A stretch of 63,656 bases of DNA, filler included, from Reticulomyxa filosa (Eukaryota > Protista > Foraminifera), in the NCBI GenBank assembly GCA_000512085.1. It is 16 parts of 16 records of this genome, joined end to end, with 100 filler letters (N's around TTAATTAATTAA, not from the genome) between each part and the next. Parts side by side here need not be neighbours in the genome. Positions count along the whole stretch, not along the records: positions 33,976 to 35,868 come from ASPP01013875.1; positions 35,969 to 37,381 come from ASPP01010884.1; positions 37,482 to 38,634 come from ASPP01018258.1; positions 38,735 to 41,306 come from ASPP01002043.1; positions 41,407 to 43,944 come from ASPP01019668.1; positions 44,045 to 50,972 come from ASPP01002112.1; 10 more parts are not named here. One strand, 5' to 3'. Of the stretch, positions 35,494 to 46,801 are shown in pieces. Below the pieces are notes generated by a model. It made no database searches. It saw nothing but the letters and a program-made list of their open reading frames with translations, and was not told the origin of the DNA. The translations under genes and the position numbers were made by a program. How positions within the stretch are numbered: position 1 is the first letter of the stretch; every line of letters starts with the position of its first letter.

Positions 35494-35868
35494 ATGAGTA
35501 CCCCCTCGTTTCATGCAATGATTGTAGAAGCAATCGGAAAGACTCGCCATCCCCATGGAGCATCACGAATAGCAATCGCAAACTACATTTGTGAAACGTA
35601 CAAAAAAGAGCACGGAGCACGCCTTAATGCTCTTTTGCGAACAGCTCTTAAAACCGGATGTGAAAAAGGATTTATAAAAATTGGAAACACTGAACAAAGA
35701 TTTAAATTGGGTGAAAACGCGAAAGATGTGCCAACGAAGGTGGTAACGAAAGTAAAACCGAAGAAAACGACTAAGAAGTCCTCTTCTGGAAAGAAATCTT
35801 CCTCATCCAAACAAAAGTCATCCAAAAAATCGCCTAAGAAAAACTCTAAGAGTAAATCTACGAGTAAA
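35494..35868 (+). CDS. Linker histone H1 with globular (H15) domain and Lys/Ser-rich tail; truncated by contig end
   Basis: PSFHAMIVEAI..GASRIAIANYI..Y..LRTALK..KG....RFKL followed by KPKKTTKKSSSGKK..SPKK. A CCAAT occurs at 35348-35352 upstream. Confidence 0.88.
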
Positions 35869-36010
35869 NNNNNNNNNNNNNNNNNNNNNNNNNNNNNNNN
35901 NNNNNNNNNNNNTTAATTAATTAANNNNNNNNNNNNNNNNNNNNNNNNNNNNNNNNNNNNNNNNNNNNTATTTATTTATTTATTTATTTATTTGTTCTTT
36001 TATTTCTTAG

Positions 36011-36578
36011 GCAATTCTTTTCGAAAACAATGCTCGCAGTAATATTAAGCCACATATTTAGTCGCCATGCTCAAAATACAATGATCACAAGATTCACCAA
36101 ACGCAATTCGTATCAAACCGTTGCCACCAATGAAGAGCTGCAAATCTGCTGTCGTTTATTCGAAGACATCAAGTGGAATCCAAAAGAGGCAACCATCTAT
36201 TACCTCAACCAGCTTGAAGACGATACATTATATAACACGTTCAAGTTCTCTCGGGAGTGGGTTAGCTCCCTTCGCTACAGTAACAAGGTCCAAAAGCGCT
36301 TCAAAGTCATCTTCCAAAAGTCTGTCAAGGAAATGGGAGTTACGATGAAAAAACTGCTTCAAATTGCCTTTGGCTTTCATTACAACCGGTGGTCGCTCAC
36401 TCAAGAAGGTCTCCCATTCAATACTGTTAACATTCTCGAAATTGTCGCACTTGTCAGTAGTGACGAATTCACTGAAATTGAAATCTTTTTGTCTTCATTT
36501 TTATCTCCAACTGATACAGAGATTAAAGACAAATACTTGGATATTCAACGTGTGCTACATGCTCGTTCTTCCAATTAA
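36011..36578 (+). CDS. Terminal exon of a hypothetical protein
   Basis: Open frame of ~190 codons starting after a tag acceptor at 36008-36010; no recognisable motif. Confidence 0.5.
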
Positions 36579-36951
36579 TCCGCTGCACACTTGCAAACTT
36601 TTGCTCAACGAACAATGTTTCTTTTTTTCCTTCCCGGTATAATAAAAAATTGATTCCTAAATGAAATGAACAAACAAAAAAAATAAAATAAAATAAATGA
36701 TCTTTTTTTAAAAAATCACATTATCATTGTTTTTCTATTTTACAAAATTGTATGGCAATTTGGCTTCATTTAAGTCTCGATTGTGATGTGTGTCTCACGC
36801 TATGCAATAATTAAGCTTAAATATGAATGTTAAAACAAAAAGGTATACTTTTGAGTGAAAACAAAACCTTTCAAGCACGGGCCAGTCTAGACCGTGCACA
36901 TAGGGGTTGCCGCCGTCCCTGATATTTCTATATATATATATATGAAATAGA

Positions 36952-37360
36952 ATGTCAACAGAACACATTCCATCATCTCCACTGGCCTCTCTTCGCACTC
37001 TTAATGTGCAACTGACTGAGAAAACTCGCCTTTCCTTCCGTCCTTCTTCATTGGAGGAAGAGACGTCCGAACGTAAAGTCCCAGTCACCGAGGAGAGTGC
37101 CATCACACCAACAACAATTGACATCAAAGAGAATATCGCATCAAAGATAAAAAAAAACAGCAAGGAGATCGACGACCAAGCAAGTGACATTGAAGTATCA
37201 AACTACATATTGCCACAAATGTTTTTCGAATTGGCCAAGGACACATGGAAAGAATTTGAAAGTGAGGATAGTTATTTGTCGTATTTGGAAGGATTATTTT
37301 ATTTGCGGTTTATCATCTACGATTGTAAATTAGCACACTCTGAAATTTTTTATACGTATG
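36952..37360 (+). CDS. First exon(s) of a hypothetical protein
   Basis: ATG-initiated S/T/E-rich ORF running into intron-like sequence and poly-A at the contig end. Confidence 0.45.
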
Positions 37361-37559
37361 AGCAAAAAAAAAAAAAAAAAANNNNNNNNNNNNNNNNNNN
37401 NNNNNNNNNNNNNNNNNNNNNNNNNTTAATTAATTAANNNNNNNNNNNNNNNNNNNNNNNNNNNNNNNNNNNNNNNNNNNNTTTATTTTTTTTTTTTGGC
37501 CATTGTATGACATTTGTGGAATAATTTCATACAATTAAAAAAAAAAAAAACAAAGACAA

Positions 37560-38600
37560 AACAGTCTCAGCCAGGATGTCCACTTGTTGTTGCAACAACT
37601 CATTCTTCTCTCTCAATTGTTTCACGACTACTTTTATATCTTGTCCTGCTTCAATTCCAAGCGATTGTGTAAAGCCATTGGAGACTTGCTATTTTCGTTA
37701 TTTTATTGATACATATATGTACAAATATATATATTTATATATATATTTATATAATAACAGACCTCCAATTCTTCATTGTGTTTGGCTTTCAGTTTTTGCA
37801 TTTTGGATTCGTGATCTTTTTCAATCTTTCGCAACAAACGAAACGCATCATCTCGCTCCGAAGTGAGGGTCACATTTTGAGACTCCATATGAGTCACCTT
37901 TGTACGTTCCGTTTCGACTTGCGACTATGTATTTATATTTATATTTATATGTATGCATTATTTGTCCGTGAATATATATATGCATGTATGTTTGTGCACA
38001 CGCAGTTGCAATGGACACAATGACAATTGGTGCATTTGCACAAAGATTGTGTGTTAAACTTGCAATTTGGTTAATTTGTTTCGCAACGCTTCCATTTGTT
38101 GGGCATTCCTTTCATTTTCTTTTTCCTATTTCCAAAATGCAAATGATATAAGTATGTACATATTATGTAAAAAAAAAAACAAAGGTCGAAAAAAGACAAC
38201 CCAACATGGTCTTGTCGCAGAGTTTTCAATTGATTTTGCAAATCGCCAATTTGGGTTTTGTATTGATCATTTTGTTGAAGCAGTTGTTGCATCAGCGACT
38301 CGGTTTGTTTGCGTTTTTGTTTTTCCTTTTCCAGTTCTTTCTTCGTGGAATTCAGTTTGCTTTCCATCATCGACAGGATTTGGATTTCTATGTTTCGAAC
38401 AGACAAAAAAAAAAAAAAAAAGCAGGTAATGTCGACATTTATATATTCCCTTTTCTTTTCGATTCAATATAAAGTTCAAAGACACATACAAACAATAACG
38501 AGCATAAAAAAAAAAACTACCAGAAGTGTCCGCCGAGTCACTGACCAAAGAAGTCCTTCGCTCCAACAAAGCATCGACTCGAGTACGCGAGCGAGTCACT
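37560..38600 (-). CDS. Internal exons of a coiled-coil protein
   Basis: Exons encoding IEIQILSMMESKLNSTKKELEKEKQKRKQTESLMQQLLQQ.. and LTSERDDAFRLLRKIEKDHESKMQKLKAKHNEELE, separated by AT-microsatellite introns. Confidence 0.6.
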
Positions 38601-39010
38601 GTGTGAAAAGGCTATATCCACACACACACACACANNNNNNNNNNNNNNNNNNNNNNNNNNNNNNNNNNNNNNNNNNNNTTAATTAATTAANNNNNNNNNN
38701 NNNNNNNNNNNNNNNNNNNNNNNNNNNNNNNNNNCTACTGTATTTATTTACACTGAAATCTAGCAAAGAAATTACAATTAACAAATGTAAGCAGCTATTA
38801 AAAAACGTGAGAAAATTTCGAGAAACGAGATTGTTGCAAAAATTTATGGAAATGTTTGAGTAGTTAAAATAAAAAATGAGCTTTATCATTTCCTTGAAAA
38901 AAAAGGGAGTAAAATTAAACTCAATATTAAAGAAAATCTACTAGGTGATTATAAAAGAAACTTGCCAAGTGAGAAACAAGAAAAGGAGACATCAAAAGCG
39001 ACTAATAAGC

Positions 39011-41296
39011 TCATAAATCTTTGATTGTTAACTTGAAGTCTTTTTCTTCGCTAAATTTTTTGAGCACAGCATCTTTGGCTAATCCAGCAGGAGTAAAGAA
39101 GCCTCCCTTTCTCTATTTTCATCACAAAAAAAAAAAAAAAAAACGTGATTAAGAAGTCGGAACTAAAGTTAATAAAGATAAAATGTTCGTAACTGTTCTT
39201 AGTGCTCCTTTTCTTTGATCGGCCATAAACAGGCCATGTTCAACTAAGAATTTGGAAGTGTGAAGATAGCCGGCATCTCCAGTGACAAGGAAGCTAACTT
39301 CCACCGCTTTCTTGGTATTCTTTGACGTGGCAATGACTCGAAACTCTGCTTTGGCCTGTTGCATTTGTTCCTCGGAAGGGCCATGTCCGGGCTTGATAAA
39401 GAATTTGCGCATGAGTCCCAACAGTGAGCGCGTGACCGAGAATTTCAGCAACAAGTTGAGCATCAGCATCATCAAGGTCACAAACCAAGCGAAAAAAAAA
39501 GACGGCACAAGCCATTTTGTGGGATGGATTCTCGCCTTTGTACCGTAGTAGTAATCTAACAAGCAATTGGTGCGAGCAATAACCATCCGATCAACCAAGC
39601 TATACAATCCTACGTGGCCATAGGCTTTGTATTGTGGGATCCAGACAGGGACCCCAGGAGAAGGTTGTTTCGTCGCAGGTTTTGGATCATTTTCCGTTAA
39701 CAAAAAGTCTTTCATATGTGCATAACATACACACATATACATATATTTTATTTTATTTATTTATGTTGTTTGATATCCCAAGTTTGTCAAAGCTTTGACA
39801 AAAAACACAAGATATATACATATACATATATATATATGTATATGTATATGTCATATATCCATATGTGTCATAATGTGTCAAATATTAAATAAAAGAAATA
39901 ACATGGGTCGTTAAGATCCATCTTCGAAGCTTCTTTGAAGCCATAAAACCAGCTTTCGATGGTGCCTCCACTGGATGCCATTCCCTTCATGCGGAAAAAG
40001 GGTTCGATGTCGATAGTGTCCTCCTCAGGGATCACTCCATGACGCTCTCGCAAGTGTTTCACGGCCACATACGTGCAGGTATCCACGGGAAACACACGAC
40101 ACCACAGAAATGGATGGCCCGTGACTCGGAGCGCGAGGCATTTAAGTCGTAGCGTTGGCTCAGTCGCCTTGTCCACAACACTTCGCCCGTTATGTCTGCA
40201 TAATCAGTGCCAAAGCAAGACACCTGTTGCACCACCTTTTCCCCGTATTTCGCATAGGGTCCAACCATCGACACCACCACCGCCGCCCGCGGCAACACTG
40301 TCTCCACACTGCGGGTACTCAATACGTCGAGAGCAAACGTTTTCAGTCTTTTCACCGCGTCTTCGTTCACACTTGCTAACTCTTTTTTTAACTTATTCAA
40401 TTTGTCGATACTGCGTCCTGCAATTGCTGTTTTTTTTTTTTTTTAACAAACATAAGTCCCCCCCACGCGTTCAAAAAAAAACTTTTTTTTTTTAAAAAAT
40501 ATGTTTAACATTACATTATAAAAGTTCACGAACTCCCCCTTTTTTTTTTTTTTTTTTTTCCAGAATGGGAAAGCCCCCTCTCGCACCACACATACACACA
40601 CATACACAAAACTCACCAAAAGTGTAATTCTTATCTTTGCCATACTTTTCAATAATGTATCGCGTAGCCAAAGTCCCGGTGAAGCCCGTGGCGCCGATGA
40701 CCATCAAATCGACCTGTTGCGTATCGAGGCTGGGATGACACGTGTTGTCATGGGCCTCCTTGCCAAAGATGGTGGCCACAAATCCTTCGGGATTGTGGAC
40801 CAAGGCTTGTTTGCCATAGTTGTAGCGAGTGTTGTCCGGTTTCGTCACCTCTCCGCCAAAGCTTCGAAACAAAGCCTCACCAGCACACGTTTGATACTTG
40901 GTACTGTACAGGAGAGGGAAGATGACCGAGGTCGCTTCACCTTCCAAAACGAGCAGGAATTGGGTCACCACGCCAAACGTTCGCACCAGCGTGTAACCGG
41001 TCCCACGTCCGATTTCAATATGTAATCTCGCCATATGTCATTCACGTCGCTTCTCGGCACTGCCACGATCTGCGCCTTTCTGTCTCTCTTTTCAAACGGA
41101 CGGGTCGTGTTGTCAAATCCAAACACGCCGACCTTGACTATCCCCCATGTCACGCGATTCTCCTCCTGCGGGTTGAATGGACGGCCTATCACCGCCACTA
41201 TCGGTTCGCCTTCGTACGCTATGCCAATGCTCGTCGCTACCATTTGTGGACGTGCATCGTGTTGTCGATAAAATTCTCGTTCTCCATCCAGAGGAT
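39011..41296 (-). CDS. Fusion protein: degenerate BPNT1/inositol-monophosphatase-fold domain + saccharopine dehydrogenase-like oxidoreductase (SCCPDH); 5' end missing
   Basis: DPLDGEREF..SIGIAYEGEPIVAVIGRPF..WGIVKVG..LLVLEGEA..TCAGEALFRSFGGEVT..NPEGFVAT, then in the same ORF DLMVIGATGFTG, AIAGR, VGPYAKYGEKVV, GTDYADITGE, SGGT, GPS, GDAGY..TS, GGFFTPA. Two apparent 1-nt slips (~41010, ~40088). Confidence 0.85.
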
Positions 41297-43411
41297 CTTT
41301 TTTTTTNNNNNNNNNNNNNNNNNNNNNNNNNNNNNNNNNNNNNNNNNNNNTTAATTAATTAANNNNNNNNNNNNNNNNNNNNNNNNNNNNNNNNNNNNNN
41401 NNNNNNCATCCTCAAAATAAATTACTGTCTTCATTATCGCCTGATTTGCTAAGCTCATTTGTGTTTATGTAAAAAAAAGGAAAACACTTCCAGTCATTCA
41501 ATGAAATAACATATTTATTTGTTGTGTTAAATGAATTTTGTACTTTATTATGTCAAAACTAAATTGTAAACTATGGATCCATCATAATCTTATCAAACTC
41601 AATTTTGAATAAGTATTTTATATAAAAAGTGTGTTCATGCAATGCCAAATGAAAACTTATCAACTCTGTTGTCATGATTCAAATGCATTCTTTCATTATG
41701 TAATTGGAATATTTATATAGAATTTTCATTTCTTTAAATGCGTTAGACTATTATATTATTAAATAGCTTAACATTCAAAAATCATTAAATTGGTCCTCTT
41801 TTAATAATATTCTTACACTGTTAATGCTCCATCTGCGATCATTCACTATTGATTTAAATAAAGTTTTATAAGATCACAAAAATACAATCAAATTCTCATC
41901 CACCAAATGTGTTTTTTTAAAAAGAAAATTCTACATTACTGTTTTGGGTGTAAAATGTTATATATTGATTTCATTCAGATAAAATGATAAATATGACATA
42001 ATTTCATTTTTACAAAAAAATATATTATCAAATCTCTTAAATGAATTTTGCTTCAGAAAAAATCATTCCAAAAGTGTTTGCGCTATTCAACACTTGACAG
42101 TAGTGTCCAGTTTGTTTTTATTATCACATAAAATAGTAAATCTTCCAATATCGAATATTCAATTATACTTTCCAATTGTTTCATTTCATCACTATTCATT
42201 GTATTTTTACTTCTCAATATAACTCTTCTAGCACATTTGTAGGTTGTCTAATTTCGGTTGCTTTCAATTCATAAGAGCGCACAGATCTTATTAAATATGT
42301 AGATTTACTTTGATTACCAATATACATAATCGAACTGTTATCACTATTCTTGTCATCGATTATACGAATTGAATATTCTGAGTTTATAAATTTTACATGG
42401 CTAATTGATTTGTCCTCAATATTTACTTTTCTTCTCTTTCGATTTTATCCGTTTTTTTTAAATTTTTTTTTGTTTCGCTGTCTTTCACCTTTTTTTTTAC
42501 AATAAAATATAATATAATACAAATCAAAAAGGATTTTGTGTTTTTGCTTCAATAGCCTGTTTCAGTTCATCTCACTTTATATCTTCTTTCGTTTCAATAT
42601 TTTCTTGTTTTTTTAATTATGTGTGTTACGAATGTCAAATAAATCCATTATTTCCTTGTGTTTTTTTAAAATTGAAAAGTAAAAAAAGGTAAGTTTGAAT
42701 TTGTATTTGCTTGACTTGATTATGCAATTCACTTTTGTTTGTAATTTCACCAAAAAAAAATCATAAATAATTCAATTTCTTTGTCATATAGATTGTTATC
42801 AATACTCTGCGTATCATTATTTCAATTATTTATCTTATTAGTTTGCATTCCCCCACAAGCACTCATTCTACATACAAATACAAATCCATTTGTTTTTGCT
42901 CCATCGTTTTTGTTCATACACACGACATAGACATCATACTGTCTTTCATTCAAGTTTGTATTCAAATTGTCTTTAAATGCAATTGCGTTTGAACCACTTC
43001 AGAAAAACTGTCAACTTATAACACAATTCCATATATACTCAATCTATCACATTTGCATCACATACAAGATTTTCCTTTGTTGTTGTATTCATTGTTATCT
43101 TTGCATATTACCCAATTTATCATTATATCAACGAATAAATGTCAATGTATATTTACATATATTTTTTGTTTATTTTCATTTAAAAAAAAGATAGTTTTGT
43201 CCAAGTTACAGCAATATTATTCACAAACCTTTTGTGTTTGTAATGTTTTATAAAGTGCTTTCAAAAAACTTGCAAAACTTTTTTTCAAATATATAAATCA
43301 TATGTGTTCCCAAATATTTAATTTTTTTTAAAAAAGGGACAATATAAATATGTAAATAGTCTTACTAGCAAGTCTTGTGTATGATCTAACTTTCTTCGTG
43401 AATCCCATTTT

Positions 43412-43860
43412 TAATAAATGACATGTTGCTTTGTGAGTCGTTGACATATGCTTTATTGTTTATACATGTGTATATATTTTTTTTAACGTACATATAAAAA
43501 AAGTTCTAAACAATGGGATTGCACAAAATAGATCTCGTGTAAACGTGATGTTTTATTCAATAAAAAAAAACTCGACTTTTTTTTTCTCCATTTTAGAATA
43601 GAATCACTTTTTGTTGACATTACTTTCTTCGATAACCTTCAAATGCAATGACCATGCCAGCAAACACATATCGAAATGCTCCGAGTTTTAAAGCAAGTTG
43701 TTCTGCCTCATCGGTGCTTATGCACTTGTTGAGCTGAGATTGCGGAAAACTTTAAAATTTCGGTAATCAAATCATAAGGGAGAGTTTTACGCTTCTTCTT
43801 TGCATTTACTTTTTTTTTCAAACCAACTTTTTTATTATCAAACTTTGCATAAATGATTCT
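43412..43860 (-). pseudogene. Decayed Rho/Rac-family small GTPase (C-terminal half)
   Basis: FDNKKSWFE..KEEA*NSPLMI*LPKF*..KCISTDEAEQLALKLGAFRYV, later LHEIYF and a terminal KATCHLL resembling a CxLL prenylation box; in-frame stops. Confidence 0.55.
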
Positions 43861-43910
43861 CGCAAATCAGTTTTTGTTCCGCAAATTACAAATGGAGCTT
43901 TATTTATTTG

Positions 43911-43944
43911 CAGTAGAATGCAAAGTAAAGTTGACACCTAAAAT
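43911..43944 (+). repeat. Dispersed repeat copy 2 (cagtagaatgcaaagtaaagttgacacctaaaat) at contig end
   Basis: Matches 150-180; the contig breaks inside it. Confidence 0.7.
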
Positions 43945-44569
43945 NNNNNNNNNNNNNNNNNNNNNNNNNNNNNNNNNNNNNNNNNNNNTTAATTAATTAA
44001 NNNNNNNNNNNNNNNNNNNNNNNNNNNNNNNNNNNNNNNNNNNNTTTTTTTTTTTGTGTTGTGTTTGCATTTCCTTTTACTTTGTTTTTTTTTTTTTTTT
44101 TGGTTTTTTTATGTTCCTGCACTTCCGCCCTCTCCCGTTTTTTCTTTTGGTTCGCTGAGTTTGCAAGGATTTGGGAGAGACAGAGGGGGACAAAGGGAGG
44201 GGCGAAAAAAATTTACCAAAACAACTATTTGTTTGTTGTTGTTTTTTTTTTGTTCGTGTGTAGGATTGCATTGCGATGGGGCGATGTTTGTAACAACAAA
44301 CTTGATAAAAATCAGCTGTGGCTCATTTGTGAGGGACAGCTGTAAAGGTGTAGTCATTGCCTTTTATTCTACTTCAATTTAGACGAATTTCTGAATGAGT
44401 CAAAATTTTTCTCCAATCTTTCACGAAATACTATGCAAATTCAAAAAGAAGAGATTTTGCACAAGACCTTCTCACAAAAAAAAATATTGTGTAAATAATT
44501 GTTCCTTATGCGAAGTGTCACTCTTTTACGACCTTTGCTTTCACAAAAAGGATTTTTGCACTTTAAGCG

Positions 44570-45480
44570 GCCTCATTGGAAACAGAACATATCTGTACAT
44601 ACTTTTCAAAGGCATTTGTTAAAATTTTGCTGTTTTTGACTTATGCTGTCTTCTCATTGTTAACACGATATATTTTTTGCATTAAAGAGTGTACCACCAA
44701 TTTATTTTTGATGACCAAAGCCAGCGACCGATTGTTTTCGGGGAGGTTTAAAAAGAAAAAATTCAAGGATTTTTAAAAAAGTGGATAATGCTCTCTGGCT
44801 CTCTTTCGGTCAACAACAGTAAATTCCTGTTAACAAGATCTCTTATATTTTTCTTTGATTTTGCAGATTTTGTCAAATGAATGGAACACTGAAATCAGTT
44901 TACGACTAGAAGAAAAATTACGAGAAATTCATATCAATCAGAGCAATACCAAGCAACACTAACTAACTCAATAGCAATCTGATTTTTTTTAATGAACCTT
45001 ATGTTCAGCAGATACGGCGTTATGTTGGATTTAATCAACAAATTAAACATACTTCTTTTTTTTTAACGAAAGACTACATCAAAATTTGGGATGTATGTAG
45101 TTTTTATTCGATTTAATGTGCTAGAGTTTTGCTTGTCATAGTGTTTGTTTGCGCATTCTTTGTTCATGGCAATGATGTGGAGGAAAGATACCAAGTTGTT
45201 GTAATTGTTAATTGAATAAATTTAATTATTTCACACAGACATCAATTCCACGTTTATTACGTGTGACTGATGACAAATTCATACTAAATTACACTATAAG
45301 CTTCACAAGGAGTTAGCATCTCTTAAAGCAAATAACATTCACTATTCTTTAACTTTTCTGTTTTCTTAGCTTTATCAGCGTATTGGCCATTTCTTTATTA
45401 TTTCAATTTTTGTTTTCTTTTCTGAACAATTATCAGTAACAACTTTTGTATTACATTTAGTGCTGCTTTGCACGCTTCCT
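44570..45480 (+). pseudogene. Probable decayed pentameric ligand-gated ion channel (Cys-less pLGIC)
   Basis: Remnants in the expected order: QFIFDDQ (FPFDxQ loop-like), LSNEWN, VLLVIVFVCAFFVHGNDVEERYQ (M1-M2), TSIPRLLRVTDDKFILNY (M2-M3, LP..YLT..DK-like), then a further hydrophobic stretch. In-frame TAA/TAG stops. Confidence 0.4.
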
Positions 45481-46801
45481 ACATGACTACTTTTTTTTGA
45501 ATGTTTCACACGTAGTGCATAATAACTATATATATATTTTTCATTTGTTTTTTTTAAACTAAACTTTTTTGCTGGATTTCATACTTGTGTTAATGCTCCA
45601 ACAAAGATCATTATCTTGGTGTCGCATTTGCTAATAAATTTTTATTTATTAAAAAAAGTGCGAATCAAGTACTTAGATTCACAAAAGTTATTTTTTAAAA
45701 TAATTAGTGTAGCTTAATTATTAAAGTAAGTGTGTTGAATGTTGTGATCAACAATTTTCATTGTTTCAGCTCGTGTTAATGCGTTATCAAAAGTGTCGCT
45801 ATGTTAGCACATGTTGATGTGATAGTCAAAGATTTATAAGATGAGCTAGTAGTCTTGGACATATTTACGTCTAGTGTGCAAACATTAATTCAATGATTGG
45901 TAGCAATACTTATAATGTGTTGCTTTTGTGAAAGCTATATAAAAATGTGTATCTTATTCAGTAATAATATTGCTTTAAAAATTTTTAAAAGATAAAAAGT
46001 TTTTTGTGATTTATATATGTTAAATTTGGTTTTATTTTAAATATTAATATAATTGTGTTCATGTATAATACGTGTAAGTAGTTAAGAAAAAAAGCATTAG
46101 CGCAAAAACAATGCAAATTTGAAGGTAAAAAGTAATTATGTCGATTGAAGATAGAAAATGCAAGTGTATAATGAAAGAATTTACATTACCAGATTGCAAC
46201 GCTTGTTGTTTGACCACTCAAAAAGAAATAGGCGTTTGACATGAAACTTAAAGTTAACAAAACAAAAGCATTGGAATCAATTTGGAGTGAAAATAACAGA
46301 TATCAATGCAAACTGTTTAGATGCTTCACATGAAAGATAAAAAAGATTTAAAAAACAGAATTGACCTCTTTGACGATATTTTTAAAAGGCCACTTGCCAG
46401 TGGTGATAATCCGAATGCGTCTTTCATTGTTTTGGAAAGACATATTAAAATTGTCACGCGAAATTAGCGAATTCAAGAACCGATTCATTAGGTAGCAATG
46501 TATTAATAAACGAATATTTTTTGACTTCATGAACATCAGTGTAAAAAATGGATAAAAAATCAATATTCGAAGATACTGGCACGTAATTATTGCTATTAAA
46601 GGAAAAAATTCATGAATTTATGAACAAACCTTTGGAAAACGTGTTGTTTCCATCATTCTTCACGAATTTATCCAACAAATGAAAAGAAGTGGCAAATTTA
46701 CAACCCTTGGAAGGAAAAACGAATCTAATGAGAACACAAACACAAGGGAATTCTTGTAAATGTAGAATCTTCGAATATGGACGCTTGCACGTCCTGTATT
46801 T

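Noticed and set aside
41407-43400. Faint WD40-like (YSTLDS..QF) and coiled-coil traces
   Set aside because: Too degraded to support a call.
44881-45200. In-frame TAA/TAG codons suggesting stop-codon reassignment
   Set aside because: Intact genes in the window end in TAA or TGA and have no internal TAA/TAG; the stops are confined to decayed sequence.
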